Assembly: GCA_003576755.1 (NCBI GenBank) | Contig: QEVT01000003.1 | Coordinates: 1-60,942, forward strand | From: a bacterium | Lineage (GTDB): Bacteria > Chloroflexota > Anaerolineae > Epilineales > Epilineaceae | Reading direction: 5' to 3' | DNA: 60,942 nucleotides | Shown here: in pieces, positions 47,014 to 57,397 of the stretch | Numbering within the stretch: the first letter of the stretch is position 1 | Layout of the letters: each line of letters starts with the position of its first letter | Notes under the pieces: generated by a model | Databases searched by the model: none | Seen by the model: only the letters and a program-made list of their open reading frames with translations | Told to the model about the DNA's origin: nothing | Program-made: the position numbers and the translations under genes

Positions 47014-48996
47014 ATGCCACCGACCGCCTCACCGCTCGCCCGCCCCCCCGACCCCGTCGACGGCCTTCCGCCGCCCCAACGGCCGTCACGGCCGCCCAAC
47101 CCGTACATCCTGACGCCGCTGACCGAGGGCGTGGGCTTCTTCGGGCGCGAGAGCGTGCTGCAGTTCGTGCGCAACACGCTCAGCTCGCCGTTCCAAAACG
47201 TCGTCGTGCTCTTCGGTCAGCGACGGATCGGCAAGACGAGCCTGCTCTACCAGCTCATGCGGCCCGGGTCGACGCCTCCAGGCTTCCGTCCGGTCTACTT
47301 CGACCTGCAAGGCCGCGCCGAGCACCGCCTCGAGCAGGTGCTCTACGGCCTGGCGCGCGAGATCGCGCGCGCGCTCGGCATCGACGTGCCTCCGCGCGAA
47401 GCCTTCCACGAGGAGTCGTACTTCCAGTACGTGTTCCTGCCCCGCGCCTATGCGGTGCTCGGCGACGAGCGGCTCCTGGTGCTGGTGGACGAGTTCGACG
47501 TCCTCGGCGGCGAGGAGGTGACGAGCGAAGCCGCGTACCATGTGCTCTTCAACTACCTGCAGGACCTCCTGATCGACGAGCAGCGTCACCTCACGTTCGC
47601 CTTTGTCGTGGGGCGGCGCATCGACGAGCTGCCCAGCCGCATCAAGGCCACGTTCAAGAGCGCCCAGTGCAAGCTGATCTCGGTGCTCGACCGGGCGTCG
47701 GCCGTGCAGCTCATCACCCAACCGTCCCGTGGGGTGGTGACGTTCGACGACACGGCAGTCGAGACGCTGCTCGACCTGACGGCCGGACACCCGTACTTCC
47801 TCCAGCTCCTGTGCTACGGCCTCTTCGAGCGGGCGACGCGGGCCGGGCGCCCGGCCATCACGGTGGCCGACATCGACGACGACGTCCTCACCACCGCGAT
47901 GGAGCTGGGCATGGGCGGCCTCAGCTGGTTCTGGGACGAGTTCCCCCCGGCCGAGCGCTTCATCCTGGCGGCGATGGCGCACATCATCGACACGGACCCG
48001 CGGCAGACGGCGACGCTCCGACAGATCGGCGATACGCTCCGCGAGCACGGCGTGCGGCTGCAGGGCATGGAGCTGTCGACCGCGCCCGAGGTCCTGGCCG
48101 AGTGGGAGATCATCGAGCGCGCGGGCCGCGACACCTATCGCTTCCGGGTGGACTTCCTGCGCCGCTGGATCCTGACCAAGCACTCGCTCGAGCAGGCGAA
48201 GCGCGAGCTCGAGCAGGTCAGCGAACGCGCGGTGGTGTTGTTCGAGTCGGCCCGCCGCATGCACCGCCGCGGCGAGCTCAACCTGGCGATCATGGAGTAC
48301 CGCCGGGCCCTCGCGGCCAACCCCAACCACGCCCGCGCCCAGCTCGGCGTGGCGCAGGCGCTGTACGAGAGCAACCGGCTCGAGCCGGCAGCCGATGCGT
48401 TCGAACGCGCCTACCGGCTCGATCCCGAGAGCGCCCGCGACGGGCTCATCGCGGCCCAGCGCGACCTCGGCACGCAGCTCGAGAACGAGGGCCGCTTCGA
48501 CCGCGCGCGCCCGCACTTCCAGCGGGTGCTCGACATCAACGCGGCCGACCAGGGCGCGCGGGTGCACCTGAGGGACAGCTGGCGCGCAACCGCCGGCGCG
48601 CACCTCGCCAACGGTCGGTGGGACAAGGCCATCGAGGCGTACCGCGAGGCCCTGCGCTACATGCCGGACGACGAGTACCTCATCCAGGCCGTGGCCACGC
48701 TCGAACAGCGGCACGTCGAGGCGGAGGCGCTGCAGCGGCGGCGCCAGCAGATCGAACGCGCCGTGCTCGAAGCGCGGCTCAAGGACGAGCAGGGCCGGCG
48801 CGAAACCCTCGAAGCCAGCTTCCGGCGGGCGCTGGTCACGGTGTTCGGCGCCGGCGCGGGCGCCATCGCCGGCACCGCGCTGGCCGTGGCCGCGGCGACC
48901 GGCTCGCTCGGCCACCCGTTGTGGGCGACGGCCGCCGGCATCGGGCTGGCCGTCCTCTACGGAGCCTACGCGTGGGCGGCCCGGAAGGCCCCGTGA
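47014..48996 (+). CDS. STAND-type P-loop ATPase with TPR repeats, coiled coil and two C-terminal TM helices
   Basis: NPY...FFGRE, Walker A GQRRIGKT, Walker B VLVDEFD, GHPY; TPRs; C-terminal hydrophobic hairpin. Confidence 0.85.
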   Translation: MPPTASPLARPPDPVDGLPPPQRPSRPPNPYILTPLTEGVGFFGRESVLQFVRNTLSSPFQNVVVLFGQRRIGKTSLLYQLMRPGSTPPGFRPVYFDLQGRAEHRLEQVLYGLAREIARALGIDVPPREAFHEESYFQYVFLPRAYAVLGDERLLVLVDEFDVLGGEEVTSEAAYHVLFNYLQDLLIDEQRHLTFAFVVGRRIDELPSRIKATFKSAQCKLISVLDRASAVQLITQPSRGVVTFDDTAVETLLDLTAGHPYFLQLLCYGLFERATRAGRPAITVADIDDDVLTTAMELGMGGLSWFWDEFPPAERFILAAMAHIIDTDPRQTATLRQIGDTLREHGVRLQGMELSTAPEVLAEWEIIERAGRDTYRFRVDFLRRWILTKHSLEQAKRELEQVSERAVVLFESARRMHRRGELNLAIMEYRRALAANPNHARAQLGVAQALYESNRLEPAADAFERAYRLDPESARDGLIAAQRDLGTQLENEGRFDRARPHFQRVLDINAADQGARVHLRDSWRATAGAHLANGRWDKAIEAYREALRYMPDDEYLIQAVATLEQRHVEAEALQRRRQQIERAVLEARLKDEQGRRETLEASFRRALVTVFGAGAGAIAGTALAVAAATGSLGHPLWATAAGIGLAVLYGAYAWAARKAP

Positions 48997-49090
48997 CGCG
49001 CGCCGGGGCCACCGCCCGGTGGGCAGGGCGTGCAGCAGCGTCCCGCACCCGACGACGCGGCACGCAGACCAAGTGAGGAGCACACCATCG

Positions 49091-50350
49091 ATGATCGGCA
49101 ACCCTTTCGCACCGCATTCCCCGGCGCCGTCCGAGGCGTTCGTCAACCGCGAACGCGAGATCGACCTGATCTTCGGGCACATCCAGGCCGTGCAGCGCGG
49201 CAACGTCGCCATCAACGGCCCGCTGGGCATCGGCAAGACGAGCCTCCTGCGCCACGTGGCCGCCCCCGCCACCGCGGCGGCCTACGGCGCCAGTCCGCCG
49301 GTGTACGCCCTGGTGTACGTCGACGTCCAATCGGTCTCGCCGTTCAACGCCGACCGCTTCTGGCGCCGCGTGGCGCAGCTCGTGGCGCGCCTGCCGGGCG
49401 TCGACCTGCAGGCGCCGATCGAGCAGCTCCTGGCGCGACCGGTGCTCGACGTCATCGACATCGAGGAGCTGCTCGACGCCGTGGTCGACCGGCGGATGGC
49501 GCTGGTGCTGCTGCTCGACGAGTTCGAATGGGCGCTGCAGGCCGACACCCCCGACGCCGAGGCCGAGAGCCGCAACTTCCTGGCGCAGATGGCATCGCTG
49601 GCGCGCCGCACGCCCAAGGTCCTGTCGCTGGTCGTCAGCACCGAGGCGCCACTGTTCGAGGCGACCCGCGTCATCGAGTCGTGGCGCGGTTCGCCGTTCG
49701 CCACCATCTTCACGTCGGTGACGCTGAAGCCGTTGACGCCGGCCGACGCCAACGAGCTGCTGGACCGAGCCCTGGCCAACGGAACGGTGTCGTTCAACGA
49801 CGACGACCGCCGGCGGCTGTACAAGCTCTCGGCGGGCCAACCCGCCGCCCTGCAGGCGGCAGCGTTCAGCCTGTACCATGGCCTTCAGCAAAGCCGTGGG
49901 CACGCGCAGCTTTGGGAGGCGGCCCAGCACGCCGCGCTGCAAGCCCTCGCGTTCCTCAACGTGTCGCCCCCCACCGAAGGCACGGCCGCGCCACCGATGA
50001 TGCCGCCGGCGGCGACGGCCTCGGTCTCGGCGCCGCCGGGCACGCCCCCGTCGCCGCACGGGCTGTGGATCGACCCGAAGCTCGGCGAGGTGACGGTCAA
50101 CGGCCGGCGGGTCGAAAGCCTGACGGCGCTGGAGTACAGCCTCTTGCGGCTGCTCTACGGTCAGTCCGGCCGGTTGTGCAGCAAGGAGGAGATCATCCGC
50201 CAGGTCTGGGGCGAGGAGTTCATGGGGGGCGACGACGACTCGCGCGTCGAGAAGCTGATCAGCCGGCTGCGCCGCAAGATCGAGCCGGTCCCGAATCGGC
50301 CGCAGTACCTGCGGACGGTGCGCGGCCGGGGCTATCGCTACGTGCCGTGA
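49091..50350 (+). CDS. STAND-type ATPase fused to OmpR/PhoB winged-helix DNA-binding domain
   Basis: GAGGAG SD; NPF...FVNRE, GPLGIGKT, LLLDEFE, GQP; LTALEYSLL...ISRLRRKIE..P.YLRTVRGRGY. Confidence 0.87.
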   Translation: MIGNPFAPHSPAPSEAFVNREREIDLIFGHIQAVQRGNVAINGPLGIGKTSLLRHVAAPATAAAYGASPPVYALVYVDVQSVSPFNADRFWRRVAQLVARLPGVDLQAPIEQLLARPVLDVIDIEELLDAVVDRRMALVLLLDEFEWALQADTPDAEAESRNFLAQMASLARRTPKVLSLVVSTEAPLFEATRVIESWRGSPFATIFTSVTLKPLTPADANELLDRALANGTVSFNDDDRRRLYKLSAGQPAALQAAAFSLYHGLQQSRGHAQLWEAAQHAALQALAFLNVSPPTEGTAAPPMMPPAATASVSAPPGTPPSPHGLWIDPKLGEVTVNGRRVESLTALEYSLLRLLYGQSGRLCSKEEIIRQVWGEEFMGGDDDSRVEKLISRLRRKIEPVPNRPQYLRTVRGRGYRYVP

Positions 50351-50428
50351 CGCCGGCAGGCCGCCGGTCGCCTTGCCCCCCGCCTCGAACACGCCGCCCC
50401 GGACGCGCAAGGGCCGGCGCCGGTGCGG

Positions 50429-51244
50429 TTACCGAGGCGCCTCCTCGGCCCGCCACCGCCAGAAGTGGTCGACCGGCCCGTGGCCCGCTCCCACGCCACG
50501 CCGGGCGCCGGCTCGGATGGCGCCGGTGACGTAGTCCTTGGCCGCGGCGACGGCCTCGGGCACACGCGACCCGAGGGCCAGCCCGGCGGCCACGGCGCTC
50601 GCGAAGGTGCAGCCCGTCCCGTGGGTGTTCGGCGAGTCGATGCGCGGCGCCCGAAAGGCCTGGAACGACGTGCCGTCGAACAAGACGTCGATGCTTTCGC
50701 GGGCGTCTTCGAGGTGGCCGCCCTTGACGACGACGTGGGTCGGGCCCATGCCGTGGATCGCCCGCGCGGCCGCGTACATGTCGTCGAGCGTCCGGACCGG
50801 ACCGCCGACGAGCACCCCCGCCTCGTGGAGGTTGGGCGTGACCACCCGGGCCAGCGGCAGCAATCGGGCGACGAGCGCGCCGCGGGCATCGGCGGCGAGC
50901 AGCGGGTCGCCGCCCTTGGCGACCATCACCGGGTCGACGACGAGCCGGCGCACGCCGTGCGCGCTCAGCCGCTCGGCGACAACCGCGATGATCGGAACGC
51001 TGGCGAGCATGCCGGTCTTGACGGCGTCGGCGCCGATATCGGTCAGAACGCTGTCGATCTGGAGCGCGACGAACGCCGGCGGCAGCTCGAAGACGCCCTG
51101 CACGCCGAGCGTGTTCTGCGCGGTCACGGCCGTGACGGCGCTGGTGCCGAAGACGCCGTTGGCCTCGAAGGTCTTGAGGTCGGCCTGGATGCCGGCACCG
51201 CCGCCCGAGTCCGAGCCGGCGATGGTCAATGCCCTGGGAATCAT
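50429..51244 (-). CDS. thiD: Hydroxymethylpyrimidine/phosphomethylpyrimidine kinase
   Basis: [36 protein letters not shown]. Confidence 0.96.
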   Translation of the reverse strand: MIPRALTIAGSDSGGGAGIQADLKTFEANGVFGTSAVTAVTAQNTLGVQGVFELPPAFVALQIDSVLTDIGADAVKTGMLASVPIIAVVAERLSAHGVRRLVVDPVMVAKGGDPLLAADARGALVARLLPLARVVTPNLHEAGVLVGGPVRTLDDMYAAARAIHGMGPTHVVVKGGHLEDARESIDVLFDGTSFQAFRAPRIDSPNTHGTGCTFASAVAAGLALGSRVPEAVAAAKDYVTGAIRAGARRGVGAGHGPVDHFWRWRAEEAPR

Positions 51245-51267
51245 CGGGGAAGCTCTCCTTGGCGGTG

Positions 51268-51966
51268 TCAGGCCGCGCGCGTCCACGTCACGTAGGCCGC
51301 CGCCAAGGCCGTGCCGGCGGCGAGCAACGCCCAGTCGACGGCGCCGAGGCGATAGCGGCGCTCGAACGTCCGACCCGGCCGGCGGAAGCCACGGGTCTCG
51401 AGCGCCTCGGCGAGGTCGTCGGCCAGCCGGAAGCTCTGGTAGAACACCGGCAGCACCAACGTGGGGACGTGGCGGGCCGACCGCCAGCCGGCGTCCAGCA
51501 CGATGCCGCGCGCACGCGCCGCGTCGCGCACGGATTGGGCGCGCCGGAGGATCACGGGCACGAAGTGGGCGGCGGTGATCACGACGAACGCGGCCTGGTA
51601 CGGCACGCCGCCCGCGACGAGCGCGTTGCCGAGATCCTCCGGCGGCACCGCCCGAAACACCAGCGCGGCCACGGCGACGATGGCCATCAGCCGCAGGACG
51701 GCCGCGAGCGCGGTGTCCCAGCCGGCCGATCCGCCGAGCACGAACACCAGCACGGCCGCCGGCATGGCCAGCCGCAGCGCGCGCGCCACGGCAGGCAACG
51801 CGCCGCCCAGCCCCGCGGCGATCAACACCGCCGCCAGGCCTGCGGCCAGGCGATTCACCTCGGTGGTGGCCGCCAGCACGATGACCGCAGCGAGCAAGAG
51901 CCCGAGATGCGTGCGCGGGTCCAGCCGCGTCCGCCGCGGCGCGGGGCTCGGGTGCGTGTCGGTCAC
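51268..51966 (-). CDS. ecfT: ECF transporter transmembrane T component
   Basis: LDPRT start, hydrophobic, ARARG and ETRGF motifs. Confidence 0.85.
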   Translation of the reverse strand: MTDTHPSPAPRRTRLDPRTHLGLLLAAVIVLAATTEVNRLAAGLAAVLIAAGLGGALPAVARALRLAMPAAVLVFVLGGSAGWDTALAAVLRLMAIVAVAALVFRAVPPEDLGNALVAGGVPYQAAFVVITAAHFVPVILRRAQSVRDAARARGIVLDAGWRSARHVPTLVLPVFYQSFRLADDLAEALETRGFRRPGRTFERRYRLGAVDWALLAAGTALAAAYVTWTRAA

Positions 51967-53615
51967 CCCACCCTCCCGGCCACCGACAGCACCTGGCGCA
52001 GCCAGGTCCACCCGCCGGGCCGCAGCCCGGCGGCGCGAAACGCCTCGATGTCGGCCATCACGGCCGCCGGCGGCCCGACGGCGTCCAACCGCCCGTCGGC
52101 CAGCACGGCCCACCGTGATGCCGCCGCGTCGGCCAGCTCGACGTCGTGCGTGGCCATCGCGACCGCGCAGCCCGACTGCGCGAGGTCGGACAGCAACGCG
52201 ACGAGCGCCTCGCGGAAGGGCTCGTCCTGGCCGGTGGTGGGCTCGTCGAGGACGGCGAGCCGCGGGCGTGCGGCCAGCGCGGCGGCAAACGTCACCCGCT
52301 TCTTCTGCCCTTCGCTGAGGCGGAACGGCGACCGATCGAGGAGCGGTCCGAGGTCGAGCCGCTCGACGAGAGCGTCCACCCAACGGGGGTCGTGCCGGCC
52401 CAGGGCCTGCGGCGCGACGGTGAGCTCGTCGCGCACGGTGGGTCGGAAGATCTGGTCGTTGGGGTTCTGGAACACGAAGCCGACGTCCCGCGCCCAGGCG
52501 CTGACCGGCCGCGCGGTGGTGGCGACGCCGGCGACCCGCACGGTGCCCCGTGCGGGTCGCCGCAAGCCGTTGCAGTGCTTGAGCAGCGTCGTCTTGCCCA
52601 CGCCGTTGCGCCCGAGGAATGCCATCACCTCGCCGGGGGCCACGGCAAGGTCGAGCCCGTGCACGAGCGGGCCGCACGGGCCGTGCAGCGTCGCCGCATC
52701 GAACGCGAGCGCCGGCACGTCAGCGGTGGAAGGGAGGGCGGCCGCGGGGCGAGGCGGCGGGAGGAAAGCATCGGCGACCGGCACGTCGAGGCCGGCGAGC
52801 GCCGCCGGCGTCAGGCGCGACACCAACGCGTCGAGCGACAACGGCAGCGGCTGCAGCCCGATGCCCCGTGCCACCCGCACCGCCAACGGCACGTTGAGCC
52901 CGTGCCGGCGTACGTCGGCGGTCATGACGGTGGCGGGCGCGGCATCGTGGACGACCCGCCCGGCATTCAGCACCACCAGACGATCGGCGTGCGGGAGCAG
53001 CAGGCCGAGACGGTGTTCAGCGACCACGACCGTGATGCCGGATGCGGCCAGCCGGGCCAGGACGTCGACCAGGATCTCGCCCATCTCGGGGTCGAGGTGC
53101 GCGAACGGCTCGTCGAGCGCCAGGACCGCCGGCCGGGCCGCCAGAACGGCCGCGACGAGCAGCCGCTGCTGCTCGCCCCCCGACAAGGCATGCGGCGGGC
53201 GACCCAGCGTCTCCTCCAGCCCGACCTGTGCTGCGGCGGCGTGCACCCGTGACGCGATCTCGCCCGCGGGCACGCCGAGGCTCTCGAGCCCGAACGCGAT
53301 CTCGCGCGCGACGGTGCTGTTGAACAGGGATCCCGCGGGGTTCTGCGGGACCAGCCCGACTGCCTCCATCATGGCGGCCGGGGGATGGCGCAGCACGTCG
53401 CGGCCGGCCACGCGGACCTCGCCCGAGACCTGACCAGCGTAGAAGTGCGGGACGAGCCCGTTGAGGCAGCGCAGGAGCGTGCTCTTGCCCGAGCCGCTCG
53501 GACCGGCGACGAGCACGAGCTCGCCGGTGTCGACCGCGAGATCGACGCCGTCGAGGCTAGGGTCCTGCGCGGGGTACGCGTAGCGCAGGCCCCGGATCTC
53601 GATCACGCCAGGCAC
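51963..53615 (-). CDS. ECF transporter fused double ATPase (A-A')
   Basis: Two ABC cassettes: [20 protein letters not shown] and [20 protein letters not shown]; start approximate. Confidence 0.9.
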   Translation of the reverse strand: MPGVIEIRGLRYAYPAQDPSLDGVDLAVDTGELVLVAGPSGSGKSTLLRCLNGLVPHFYAGQVSGEVRVAGRDVLRHPPAAMMEAVGLVPQNPAGSLFNSTVAREIAFGLESLGVPAGEIASRVHAAAAQVGLEETLGRPPHALSGGEQQRLLVAAVLAARPAVLALDEPFAHLDPEMGEILVDVLARLAASGITVVVAEHRLGLLLPHADRLVVLNAGRVVHDAAPATVMTADVRRHGLNVPLAVRVARGIGLQPLPLSLDALVSRLTPAALAGLDVPVADAFLPPPRPAAALPSTADVPALAFDAATLHGPCGPLVHGLDLAVAPGEVMAFLGRNGVGKTTLLKHCNGLRRPARGTVRVAGVATTARPVSAWARDVGFVFQNPNDQIFRPTVRDELTVAPQALGRHDPRWVDALVERLDLGPLLDRSPFRLSEGQKKRVTFAAALAARPRLAVLDEPTTGQDEPFREALVALLSDLAQSGCAVAMATHDVELADAAASRWAVLADGRLDAVGPPAAVMADIEAFRAAGLRPGGWTWLRQVLSVAGRVG

Positions 53616-53643
53616 GGCGGGCTCGCGCCGGAGGCCGGAGCCG

Positions 53644-54279
53644 TCAATCCGTCGGCCGGCCGAGGTCGGGGCCGGCCGCGAGGTCGAGGTCCACGACGCG
53701 GGCACGCCGCAGCGCCGACAGGACGGCCAGCCCGAGGGCGTTGCCGCCGATCGAGCTCAGCGCGAACGCGATGACGAGCCCGGCCACGGCCACCGGCCGC
53801 CCGAGGATCACCGGCGCCACCACCCACACGCTGACCAGCGCCGCGACGACACCGGTTCCGACCACCTCGCCGAGCGCGGCCGCGGCCGGCCGGCGCGTCG
53901 CCCGCCACGCCACGCCGGCCAGGAACGCGCCGATCATGCCGCCCGGGAATGCGAACAGCGTGCCGGTGCCGGTGGCGTTGCGGACGACGGCGGCGACGAA
54001 CGCGACGAGCGTCGCCCACCACGGCCCGAGCAGGACGGCGGCGATGAGGTTGACCATGTGCTGGGCCGGCGCCACCTTGGCCATGCCGACCGGGACCGAG
54101 AGCTGGCCGAGCGCCACCGCGATGGCGACGAGCACGACCGCGTAGGCGACGGTGCGCGTCGAGGCCGAGCGGTACGAGTCGCGCGCCGCGCGCCACAGCG
54201 CCACGAGGGCGGCGGCGGCCACGACGAGGGCAAACGCCGCCTGGGTGGGGGTCCAGCCGGCCGGGCGCCAGAGATCCAC
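53644..54279 (-). CDS. thiW: ECF S component, ThiW family (thiazole uptake)
   Basis: 'P.QHMVNLIAAVLLGPW', 'R...GTGTLFAFPGGMIGA', 'GEVVGTG'. Confidence 0.85.
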   Translation of the reverse strand: MDLWRPAGWTPTQAAFALVVAAAALVALWRAARDSYRSASTRTVAYAVVLVAIAVALGQLSVPVGMAKVAPAQHMVNLIAAVLLGPWWATLVAFVAAVVRNATGTGTLFAFPGGMIGAFLAGVAWRATRRPAAAALGEVVGTGVVAALVSVWVVAPVILGRPVAVAGLVIAFALSSIGGNALGLAVLSALRRARVVDLDLAAGPDLGRPTD

Positions 54280-54285
54280 GCCGCG

Positions 54286-54975
54286 TCAGCTCGATCGTGC
54301 CCGGTCGACGGCCGCCCGGAGGGCGCGCGCGGCGGCCTCGACGTCGGCGGCGAGCGTCACGGCCGAGATGACGGCGACGCCGGCCGCACCGGCCCGGATG
54401 GCCGCCGCGGCGTTCGACGGCGTCACGCCGCCGATGGCGACCACCGGCAGCGGCGTGGCGGCGGCGACCGCCGCCAGGCCGTCGATCCCGATCGGCACGT
54501 CGGCATCCGGCTTCGAGACGGTGCCGAACACGTCGCCGACGCCGAGGTAGTCGGCGCCGCCATCGGCGGCACGGACGGCGCCCGCGACGGTGGCCGCGGA
54601 ACAGCCGAGCCACGCGTCCGCCCCGAGGAGGGCGCGCGCCGCGGCGGCCGGCAGGTCGTCGTCGCCGACGTGCGCGCCGTCGGCCGCGGCGGCGACCGCC
54701 ACGTCGACCCGGTCGTTGACGAGGACCGGCACGCCGGCGGGGCGTGCGACGCCGAGCACCGCGTCGGTGAGGGCCAGGAGGTCGCGGGTGCTCGCGCGCT
54801 TGGCGCGCACCTGCAGGAGGGTCGCGCCGCCGCGCAGCGCGGCCGCGGCCACGTCGGCGGGCGCGCGGCCGCGCAGGTGCTCCGGGTCGATCAGCACGTA
54901 CAACCGCGGATCGAGCGCGGCGCGGCGGCGGGGCGCGGGCTCAAGGACACGAGGTGCGCGGGTGGAGTGGTCCAT
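54286..54975 (-). CDS. thiE: Thiamine-phosphate synthase
   Basis: QVRAK, VNDRVDVA, GAHVGDDD, VAIGGV. Confidence 0.93.
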   Translation of the reverse strand: MDHSTRAPRVLEPAPRRRAALDPRLYVLIDPEHLRGRAPADVAAAALRGGATLLQVRAKRASTRDLLALTDAVLGVARPAGVPVLVNDRVDVAVAAAADGAHVGDDDLPAAAARALLGADAWLGCSAATVAGAVRAADGGADYLGVGDVFGTVSKPDADVPIGIDGLAAVAAATPLPVVAIGGVTPSNAAAAIRAGAAGVAVISAVTLAADVEAAARALRAAVDRARSS

Positions 54976-54999
54976 GCGATCGACCGGGAGTATAGCGCC

Positions 55000-56028
55000 T
55001 CAGCCGAAATGCCGCCACCCCCCGGCCAGGGGCTGCACCGAGCCGTCGGCACGCGCGAGCACGGTGTCGGGACCGTCGGTGACCATGCCGATCCGCGTCA
55101 CCGGCACGCCGGTGGCGGCGGCGACGCGGGCCGCGAGGTCGTCGGCGGCCGCGGGTCGGGCGGTGAAGAGCAGCTCGTAGTCCTCGCCGCCGGCCACCGC
55201 CCACTGCAGCGGGTCGACACCGAGGGCGACCGCGACCCGGCGGGTGGCCTCGGACACGGGCAGGCGGGCGGCCTCGATCCGCAGCCCGACGCCGCTGCGG
55301 CGGGCGATGTGCCCGGCATCCGCCGCCAGCCCGTCGCTGACGTCGATGGCGGCGGTCGCCCCGGCCCGGCCGAGGAGCGGTGCCACGTCGAGTCGGGGCG
55401 ACGGCCATTGCTGGCGCCGGACCACGGCGTCGCGGTCGTGGGGGGGCGCGGCGACGGTGCGCCCGTCGGCCTCGGCCAGCAGCACCGCCAGCCCGGCGGC
55501 GGCGGCGCCGAGGTCGCCCGTGACCATGACGGCATCGCCGGGCCGTGCGCCGGAGCGGAGGAGCAGGTCGGCGGCATTGACCTCGCCGAGGAGCGCGACG
55601 TCCAGCATCAGGGCCGGGCCGCGGGTCAGGTTCCCGCCGACGAGGTCGGCCCCCCAGCGGGCCAGCTCGGCGGCGAGGCCGTCGACGATGGCGAGCGCGA
55701 AGTCGGCCGGCGTGTCGGGCGGCGCGGCCAGGACGGCCAGGGCGTGCGTGGCGGCGCCGCCCATGGCCGCGATGTCGCTCAGGTTGATCGCGGCGGCTTT
55801 GCGGCCGATCCACGCGGGCGGGGTGCGGTCGGGGAGAAAGTGGACGCCGGCGACCTGGCTGTCGGCGGTGGCGAGCTGGAGGCGCCCGCCGGGGAGGCGC
55901 AGCACCGCCGTGTCGTCGGGCCCGGCGCCGACGACGGTGTCGGGCCGGCTCGGCCCGAGGCGGGCGACGATGCGGTCGATGAACGGGAACTCGCCGACGC
56001 TGCCGATGGTCTCGACGTCCACTGCCAC
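55000..56028 (-). CDS. thiL: Thiamine-monophosphate kinase
   Basis: GEFPFI, DDTAV, NLSDIAAMG, IDVSDGL, GGEDYELLF. Confidence 0.94.
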   Translation of the reverse strand: MAVDVETIGSVGEFPFIDRIVARLGPSRPDTVVGAGPDDTAVLRLPGGRLQLATADSQVAGVHFLPDRTPPAWIGRKAAAINLSDIAAMGGAATHALAVLAAPPDTPADFALAIVDGLAAELARWGADLVGGNLTRGPALMLDVALLGEVNAADLLLRSGARPGDAVMVTGDLGAAAAGLAVLLAEADGRTVAAPPHDRDAVVRRQQWPSPRLDVAPLLGRAGATAAIDVSDGLAADAGHIARRSGVGLRIEAARLPVSEATRRVAVALGVDPLQWAVAGGEDYELLFTARPAAADDLAARVAAATGVPVTRIGMVTDGPDTVLARADGSVQPLAGGWRHFG

Positions 56029-56090
56029 GCTCCAGGCTTGCGGCTCGCCGGCGGTCGCCCCCGACCGACGACGGCCGGCGACATCCGGGC

Positions 56091-56130
56091 AAAGAAGAAG
56101 GGGAGGGCACCCCCAAGGATGCCCTCCCCT
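56091..56130 (-). terminator. Intrinsic terminator after lipoprotein gene
   Basis: Minus strand AGGGGAGGGCA...TGCCCTCCCCT followed by TCTTCTTT. Confidence 0.8.
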
Positions 56131-56184
56131 CGACGTCTGTTCAAACCATGCGACGGGGTTCCGCCGTTGCCGGCGTGCCGTCGA

Positions 56185-57108
56185 TCAGCCCAGGCCCTCG
56201 GCCAGCTCGACGAGCGCGGCCGCGGCGTCGGCGGCCGACACCGACTCGCCCTTGACCAGCGCCTCGATCGTGTCGGAGTGGGTCGCGCCAGCCGGCGGGT
56301 TCTTCATCGCCTCCTCGAGCGCGTCGGCCACCGCCTCGCCCGACTCGCCCTTGTCGGCGAAGGCGTCGCGGATGTCCTCCCACGTCACCGTGCCGTCGGT
56401 GTCCGCGGCGATCGCGGTCGTCACCTCGGCCACGATCTCGTCCATCGCCGCCACCGGGGCCGGCTCGGCGCTGTTGGCGCCACCGGCAGCCGACATCGCC
56501 TCGAGGGCGGCCAGCACGTCCTTGGCCTGCGGGAACGTCGCCGGGAAGGTGCCGCTCGACTTCATCGACGCCGACCGGGTGTTGTAGAGCAGGTTCGCGA
56601 CCGCGTCGGTGCAGCCGGTCTTCTGCGGGCAGATGGTCTGCAGGTACGTCTCGAAGTTCGCGACGGTCTCGGGGCACGTGCTGTTGGGATCACAGGCGTC
56701 CTCGATGCCCGCCCAGTCCACGCGCTGCGTCGGCGAGAGCGAGTTCAGGTAGTCGGCCGGATCCGCATAGCCCTGCGAGCCCGTGCTGCCGCCGCCCGTC
56801 GTGCCGCCGCCCGTCGACCCGCCGCTCGGGTTGATCGGCTCGCCCGGCTTCGCGCCGGCGCCCGGCTGCTCGCCGCCGCCGCCCGCCGGCTGCTCGGCAC
56901 CGCCGCCACCGGGCTGCTCGCCACCGCTGCCACCAGGCTGCTCGCCACCCGACGGCTCTTCGCCGCCCTGCCCCGGCTGCTCGGGCTGGACCGGCTCACC
57001 GCCGGTCACCGCCGAGCCCGACATGTCGTCGCTCGAGGTGCTGCACGCCACGGCGGTCAGGGTCGCGGTCGCCAGCAGCATGGCCACCATCAAACGAGTG
57101 TAACGCAT
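56185..57108 (-). CDS. Lipoprotein with GGEQP repeats and Cys-containing acidic helical domain
   Basis: AAGGAG SD; lipobox AVAC; EQP(G/A)GGGG repeats; CDPNSTC and CPQKTGC. Confidence 0.8.
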   Translation of the reverse strand: MRYTRLMVAMLLATATLTAVACSTSSDDMSGSAVTGGEPVQPEQPGQGGEEPSGGEQPGGSGGEQPGGGGAEQPAGGGGEQPGAGAKPGEPINPSGGSTGGGTTGGGSTGSQGYADPADYLNSLSPTQRVDWAGIEDACDPNSTCPETVANFETYLQTICPQKTGCTDAVANLLYNTRSASMKSSGTFPATFPQAKDVLAALEAMSAAGGANSAEPAPVAAMDEIVAEVTTAIAADTDGTVTWEDIRDAFADKGESGEAVADALEEAMKNPPAGATHSDTIEALVKGESVSAADAAAALVELAEGLG

Positions 57109-57397
57109 TGTCGATCTCTCCTTGTGGTTGTTGTTAAGGTACCGGTCGTTGGATGCTGTATCGGTCATCGCCCACGAGGTGGGCCGCCATTCGCGATGGG
57201 ACGGTTGCGTCACCTTCTTCAAAGGCCTGCCTCCTTTCCCCCTCTGCCATCGGCGCCGCGGGTGTCCCGCTCCGCCGATCGATCGATCCTGCCCTTGTCT
57301 GGCCTTTTATACACGTGGTCGGCCGGAATGTTCCCGAAGTTCGCCCCGTCTGTCAACCTCGTGCGATTTGGGTCTGTGCGGCCGGCCGCGCCAGGGG

